Source of the DNA: Eledone cirrhosa
Lineage: Eukaryota
NCBI GenBank assembly: GCA_964016885.1
Contig: OZ024741.1
Location: 134,912,001-134,976,000 of the forward strand
Reading direction: 5' to 3'
DNA length: 64,000 nt
Shown here: positions 57,033 to 64,000 of the stretch, in pieces
Layout of the letters: every line of letters begins with the position of its first letter
Numbering within the stretch: position 1 is the stretch's first letter
Made by a program: the position numbers and the translations under genes
The notes under the pieces: generated by a model
Databases searched by the model: none
Told to the model about the DNA's origin: nothing
What the model saw: only the letters and a program-made list of their open reading frames with translations

Positions 57033-57034
57033 GT

Positions 57035-57068
<34 letters not shown>

Positions 57069-57655
57069 ACATATATATATATATACATTCATTTAGGTTT
57101 GTTGGTTCACCAGTGGATAGAACTGGTCATTCCGTATGGTCAACCTCGATGTAATATTAGGGAGAGCACTCGACGTCATGCAACTCACCCGTCTTCCTTT
57201 GTGTTGTTGGTGGTGCGAGTACGGAGTTAATTATTATAAAATAACAGGAGGCTGGACTGGAGTAATTCCTTTAAAGGTTTATTATACTATGAACATTTCA
57301 ATGACCGGGTTCAGCATGAATCCTGTGACATCATCAGGTATTCGAAATTTAACAAAGGAATATAATCCATGGAGCTGAAAAGGCAGAGACAAGAAGGCGG
57401 CCACACATTTACCAACTTCTAGCCAGGTCGGCCGCTTTCAAATATATATATATATATATATTTGAAAAAGGAGTAAGTTTCTATACAAAAGGTTATAGAG
57501 AAAAAAAGGTTATAGAGAAAAAGTGGAATTGGAAATAGCACGAAAAATTAAAGGATCTGTTTTTCTTTTTTTCTTCTTTGATTCGTCAAAGTGACATTAT
57601 TGAAAAAATGAGAGCAACAATTTTTTTTAAAAGAAAAGGAGTTTTATAATGTATA

Positions 57656-57807
57656 CTAGACCACCCGTGACGCGTTGGGTCATGTTCACTTTAAAATATT
57701 TTTTTAAAAATCGGGTTCACTTAAAAATAATTTTTAAATAATAAAAATATACACAGACATGTATATAATGTGAAATGAACTGGAAGGCCTATATATATAA
57801 GTGAGTG

Positions 57808-57854
<47 letters not shown>

Positions 57855-57965
57855 AAACATATACATATATATGTATGTGTGTGTATATATATATATATAT
57901 GGATGTCTGTGATCTACATGTACAGGTCATAATCACACATATAAATATATATATTCACACACACT

Positions 57966-58011
<46 letters not shown>

Positions 58012-58352
58012 TATATATATATATACACACAACAGCACCACCAGCTCTCTTCCATTTTCATTCTCTGTCTCCTCTCCCTCTTTCTGTCTCTCTTTCAATC
58101 TATTCTCTCACACCACTATCTCTTTCTCTCTATCTTTTTCTCTCTTTGTTTACTTTGTTTATGAAGGCACCAGGAAAAACCCCATATGTCGGGAACCCGC
58201 GGTCCGTTTTACGCGAAATTAGTTTTGTTCCATTTGTATTCCCATTTCAGGGTCAACTTCCTTTCAAAGTATTTTCCCATTATGCGCCCTTTTAGCTGTA
58301 TTACATTACAGATAAGCAAGCAAGCAATCAATCACAGACTTTTCGTAGTATA
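57656..58352 (-). mobile_element. Non-autonomous Helitron
   Basis: Minus-strand 3' end: hairpin accc..gggt then ggtCTAG|T. Minus-strand 5' region tatactacgaaaagtctgtg with (CTTG)n-type repeats. Interrupts a repeat whose uninterrupted copy is at ~39798-39930. Confidence 0.7.
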
Positions 58353-58851
58353 AAAAATGTATACACCATTCTAATATATATATTGCCTGTACAGGTAATC
58401 AAAGTGTGTATACATTTTTCGGGGACACCATATATATATATATATACCGGGGTCCCTAAAAATGTATACACCATTCTAATATATATATTGCCTGTACAGG
58501 TAATCAAAGTGTGTATACATTTTTCGGGGACACCATATATATATATATACCGGGGTCCCTAAAAATGTATACACCATTCTAATATATATATTGCCTGTAC
58601 AGTTAATCAAAGTGTGTATACATTTTTCGGGGACACCATATATATATATATATATATATATACCGGGGTCCCTAAAAATGTATACGCCATTCTAATATAT
58701 ATATTGCCTGTACAGGTAATCAAAGTGTGTATACATTTTTCGGGGACACCATATATATATATACCGGTGTCCTTAAAAATGTATACACCATTCTAATATA
58801 TATATTGCCTGTACAGGTAATCAAAGTGTGTATACATTTTTCGGGGACACC

Positions 58852-58894
<43 letters not shown>

Positions 58895-60140
58895 GGGGTC
58901 CCTAAAAATGTATACACTATTCTAATATATATATTGCCTGTACAGATTATCAAAGTGTGTATACATTTCTCCAGGACACCATATATATATATATACCGGT
59001 GTCCCTAAAAATGTATACACCATTCTAGTATATATATATATATTGCCTGTACAGATAATCAAAGTGTGTATACATTTTTCGGGGAAACCATATATAGATA
59101 TATATACCGGGGTCCCTAAAAATGTATACACCATTCTAATATATATATTGCCTGTACAGGTAATCAAAGTGTGTATACATTTTTCGGGGACACCATATAT
59201 ATATATATATATATATATATACCGGGGTCCCTAAAAATGTATACACCATTCTAATATATATATATATTGCCTGTAGAGGTAATCAAAGTGTGTATACATT
59301 TTTCCGGGACACCATATATATATACCGGGATCCCTAAAAATGTATACACCATTCTAATATATATATTGCCTGTAGAGATAATCAAAGTGTGTATACATTT
59401 TTCGGGGACACCATATATACATATATATATACCGGGGTCCCAAAAATGTATACGCCATTGTAATATATATATTGCCTGTACAGGTAATCAACGTGTGTAT
59501 ACATTTTTCGGGGACACCATATATATATATACCGGTGTCCCTAAAAATGTATACACCATTCTAATATATATATTGCCTGTACAGGTAATCAAAGTGTGTA
59601 TACATTTTTCGGGGACACCATATATATATATATACCGGGGTCCCTAAAAATGTATACACCATTCTAATATATATATTGCCTGTACAGGTAATCAAAGTGT
59701 GTATACATTTTTCGGGGACACCATATATATATATATACCGGGGTCCCTAAAAATGTATACACCATGCTAATATATATATTGCCTGTACAGGTAATCAAAG
59801 TGTGTATACATTTTTCGGGGACACCATATATATATATACACCGGGGTCCCTAAAAATGTATACACCATTCTAATATATATATTGCCTGTACAGTTAATCA
59901 AAGTGTGTATACATTTTTCGGGGACACCATATATATATATATATATATATACCGGGGTCCCTAAAAATGTATACGCCATTCTAATATATATATTGCCTGT
60001 ACAGGTAATCAAAGTGTGTATACATTTTTCGGGGACACCATATATATATATACCGGTGTCCCTAAAAATGTATACACCATTCTAATATATATATTGCCTG
60101 TACAGGTAATCAAAGTGTGTATACATTTTTCGGGGACACC

Positions 60141-60175
<35 letters not shown>

Positions 60176-61000
60176 GGGGTCCCTAAAAATGTATACACTA
60201 TTCTAATATATATATTGCCTGTACAGATTATCAAAGTGTGTATACATTTCTCCAGGACACCATATATATATATATACCGGTGTCCCTAAAAATGTATACA
60301 CCATTCTAGTATATATATATATATTGCCTGTACAGGTAATCAAAGTGTGTATACATTTTTCGGGGAAACCATATATAGATATATATACCGGGGTCCCTAA
60401 AAATGTATACACCATTCTAATATATATATTGCCTGTACAGGTAATCAAAGTGTGTATACATTTTTCCGGGACACCATATATATATATATATATATATACC
60501 GGGGTCCCTAAAAATGTATACACCATTCTAATATATATATATTGCCTGTAGAGGTAATCAAAGTGTGTATACATTTTTCCGGGACACCATATATATATAT
60601 ATACCGGGGTCCCTAAAAATGTATACACCATTCTAATATATATATTGCCTGTAGAGATAATCAAAGTGTGTATACATTTTTCGGGGACACCATATATATA
60701 TATACCGGTGTCCCTAAAAATGTATACACCATAATAATATATATATTGCCTGTACAGGTAATCAAAGTGTGTATACATTTTTCGGGGACACCATATATAC
60801 ATATATATATACCGGGGTCCCTAAAAATGTATACATCATTCTAATATATATATTGCCTGTACAGGTAATCAAAATGTGTATACATTTTTCGGGGACACCA
60901 TATATATATATATACCGGAGTCCCAAAAAATATGTACACCATTCTGATATATATATTGTCTGTACAGGTAATCAAAGTGTGTATACATTTTTCAGGGACA

Positions 61001-61057
<57 letters not shown>

Positions 61058-61468
61058 GGGGTCCCTAAAAATGTATACACCATTCTAATATATATATTGC
61101 CTATACAGGTAATCAAAGTGTGTATACATTTTTCGGGGACACCATTTATATATATATATATATATATACCGGGGTCCCTAAAAATGTATACACCATTCTA
61201 ATATATATATTGCCTATACAGGTAATCAAAGTGTGTATACATTTTTCGGGGACACCCTATATATACGTATATATATACCGGGGTCCCGAAAAATGTATAC
61301 ACAATTCTAATATATATATTGCCTGTACAGGTCATCAAAGTGTGTATACATTTTTCGGGGACACCATATATATATATATATACCGAGGTCCAAAAATGTA
61401 TACACCATTCTAATATATATATTGCCTGTACAGGTAATCAAAGTGTGTATACATTTTTCGGGGACACC

Positions 61469-61499
<31 letters not shown>

Positions 61500-62201
61500 C
61501 CGGCGTCCCTAAAAATGTATCTACCATTCTAATATATATATTGCCTGTACAGGTAATCAAAGTGTGTATACATTTTTCGGGGATACCATATATATATACC
61601 GGGGTCCCTAAAATTGTATACACCATTCTAATATATCTATTGCCTGTACAGGTAATCAAAGTGTGTATACATTTTTCCGGGACACCATATATATATATAC
61701 TGGTGTCCCTAAAAATGTATACACCATTCTAATATATATATCGCCTGTACAGTTAATCAAAGTGTGTATACATTTTTCGGGGACACCATATATATATATA
61801 CAGGTGTCCCTAAAAATGTATCCACCATTCTAATATATATATTGCCTGTACAGGTAATCAAAGTGTGTATACATTTTTCGGGGACATAATATATATATAT
61901 ACAGGTGTCCCTAAAAATGTATACACCATTCTAATATATATATTGCCTATACCGATAATCAAATTGTGTATACGTTTTTCGAGGACACCATATATATATA
62001 TATATATACGGGGGTCCCTAAAAATGTATACATCATTCTAATATATATATTGCCTGTACAGGTAATCAAAGTGTGTATATATTTTTCGGGGACACCATAT
62101 ATATATATATATATACCGGTGTCCCTAAAAATGTATACACCATTCTAATATATATATTGCCTGTACAGGTAATCAAAGTGTGTATACATTTTTCGTGGAC
62201 A

Positions 62202-62248
<47 letters not shown>

Positions 62249-62961
62249 GGGGTCCCGAAAAATGTATACACCATTCTAATATATATATTGCCTGTACAGA
62301 TAATCAAAGTGTGTATACATTTTTCGGGGACACCATATATATATATATATATATACCGGGGTCCCGAAAAATGTATACACCATTCTAATATATATATTGC
62401 CTGTACAGGTCATCAAAGTGTGTATACATTTTTCGGGGACACCATATATATATATATATAATACCGGGGTCCCTAAAAATGTATACACCATTCTAATATA
62501 TATATTGCCTGTACAGGTAATCAAAGTGTGTATACATTTTTCGGGGATACCATATATATATACCGGGGTCCCTAAAAATGTATACACCATTCTAATATAT
62601 CTATTGCCTGTACAGGTAATCAAAGTGTGTATACATTTTTCCGGGACACCATATATATATATATATACTGGTGTCCCTAAAAATGTATACACCATTCTAA
62701 TATATATATTGCCTGTACAGTTAATCAAAGTGTGTATACATTTTTCGGGGACACTATATATATATATATATACCGGGGTCTCTAAAAATGTATACACCAT
62801 TCTAATATATATATTGCCTGTGCAGGTAATCAAAGTGTGCATACATTTTTCGGGGACACCATATATATATATACCGGGGTCTCTAAAAATGTATACCCCA
62901 TTCTAATATATATATTGCCTGTACAGGTCATCAAAGTGTGTATACATTTTTCGGGGACGCC

Positions 62962-62996
<35 letters not shown>

Positions 62997-63397
62997 CCGG
63001 GGTCCCGAAAAATGTATACCCCATTCTAATATATATATTGCCTGTACAGGTAATCAAAGTGTGTATACATTTTTCCGGGACACCATATATATATATACCG
63101 GTGTCCCTAAAAATGTATACACCATTCTAATATATATATTGCCTGTACAGTTAATCAAAGTGTGTATACATTTTTCGGAAACACCATATATATATATATA
63201 CCGGTGTCCCTAAAAATGTATACACCATTCTAATATATATATTGCCTGTACAGGTAATCAAAGTGTGTATACATTTTTCGTGGACACCATATATATATAT
63301 ATATATATATACCGGGGTCCCTAAAAATGTATACACCATTCTAATATATATATTGCCTGTACAGGTAATCAAACTGTGTATACATTTTTCGGGGACA

Positions 63398-63428
<31 letters not shown>

Positions 63429-63837
63429 GCGGGGTCCCTAAAAATGTATACACCATTCTAATATATATATTGCCTGTACAGGTAATCAAAGTGTGTATAC
63501 ATTTTTCGTGGACACCATATATATATATATATATATATATACCGGGGTCCCTAAAAATGTATACACCATTCTAATATATATATATTGCCTGTACAGGTAA
63601 TCAAAGTGTGTATACATTTTTCCGGGACACCATATATATATATATATCGGTGTCCCTAAAAATGTATACACCATTCTAATATATATATTGTCTGTACAGG
63701 TAATCAAAGTGTGTATACATTTTTCGGGGACACCATGTATATATATATATATACCGGGGTCCCTGAAAATGTATACACCATTCTAATATATATATTGCCT
63801 GTACAGATAATCAAAGTGTGTATACATTTTTCGGGGA

Positions 63838-63914
<77 letters not shown>

Positions 63915-64000
63915 GGGGCCTCTAAAAATGTATACCCCATTCTAATATATATATTGCCTGTACAGGTAATCAAAGTGTGTATACATTTTTCGGTGACACC
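58353..64000. repeat. Satellite: 88-bp palindromic (mini-MITE) core plus variable (TA)n linker, >50 units, runs off the window end
   Basis: Core ccggggtccctaaaaatgtatacaccattctaatatatatattgcctgtacaggtaatcaaagtgtgtatacatttttcggggacacc. Confidence 0.97.

Noticed and set aside
58353-64000. CRISPR-like repeat-spacer appearance
   Set aside because: Spacers are only (TA)n, repeats are 88 bp, there are no cas genes and the context is eukaryotic.

Overview
AT-rich eukaryotic genomic DNA, almost entirely repetitive. The SINE families and the density of (TA)n/(CA)n/(TATC)n arrays suggest an octopus (cephalopod); this is inferred, not proven. I could not support any host protein-coding gene, rRNA, true tRNA or CRISPR array. 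Most long ORFs in the track are microsatellite artefacts. Retroelements: a near-intact two-ORF Tx1/L1-clade LINE inside a (TATC)n array (22.2-28.0 kb), decayed near-full-length RTE (48.5-52.0 kb, minus) and R4/Dong (52.8-56.4 kb) LINEs, a CRE-like RLE fragment, at least six Penelope-like elements (PLEs; two Naiad-type, two with inverted terminal repeats) and many tRNA-derived SINEs. DNA elements: two Helitrons and two long-TIR MITEs. Tandem repeats: three minisatellites and a >5.6 kb satellite. Most notable: (i) the terminal satellite is a tandem array of 88-bp Tc1/mariner-type mini-MITEs joined by variable (TA)n linkers, with higher-order duplications; (ii) the Tx1 element looks (TATC)n-targeted and is broken only by a homopolymer frameshift; (iii) about a dozen minimal or variant hammerhead ribozyme motifs, several with intact cores; (iv) a half-hammerhead RNA structure at the 5' end of the Dong element; (v) a strongly C-rich PLE that is a horizontal-transfer candidate. 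All coordinates were read by eye and may be off by a few bases.
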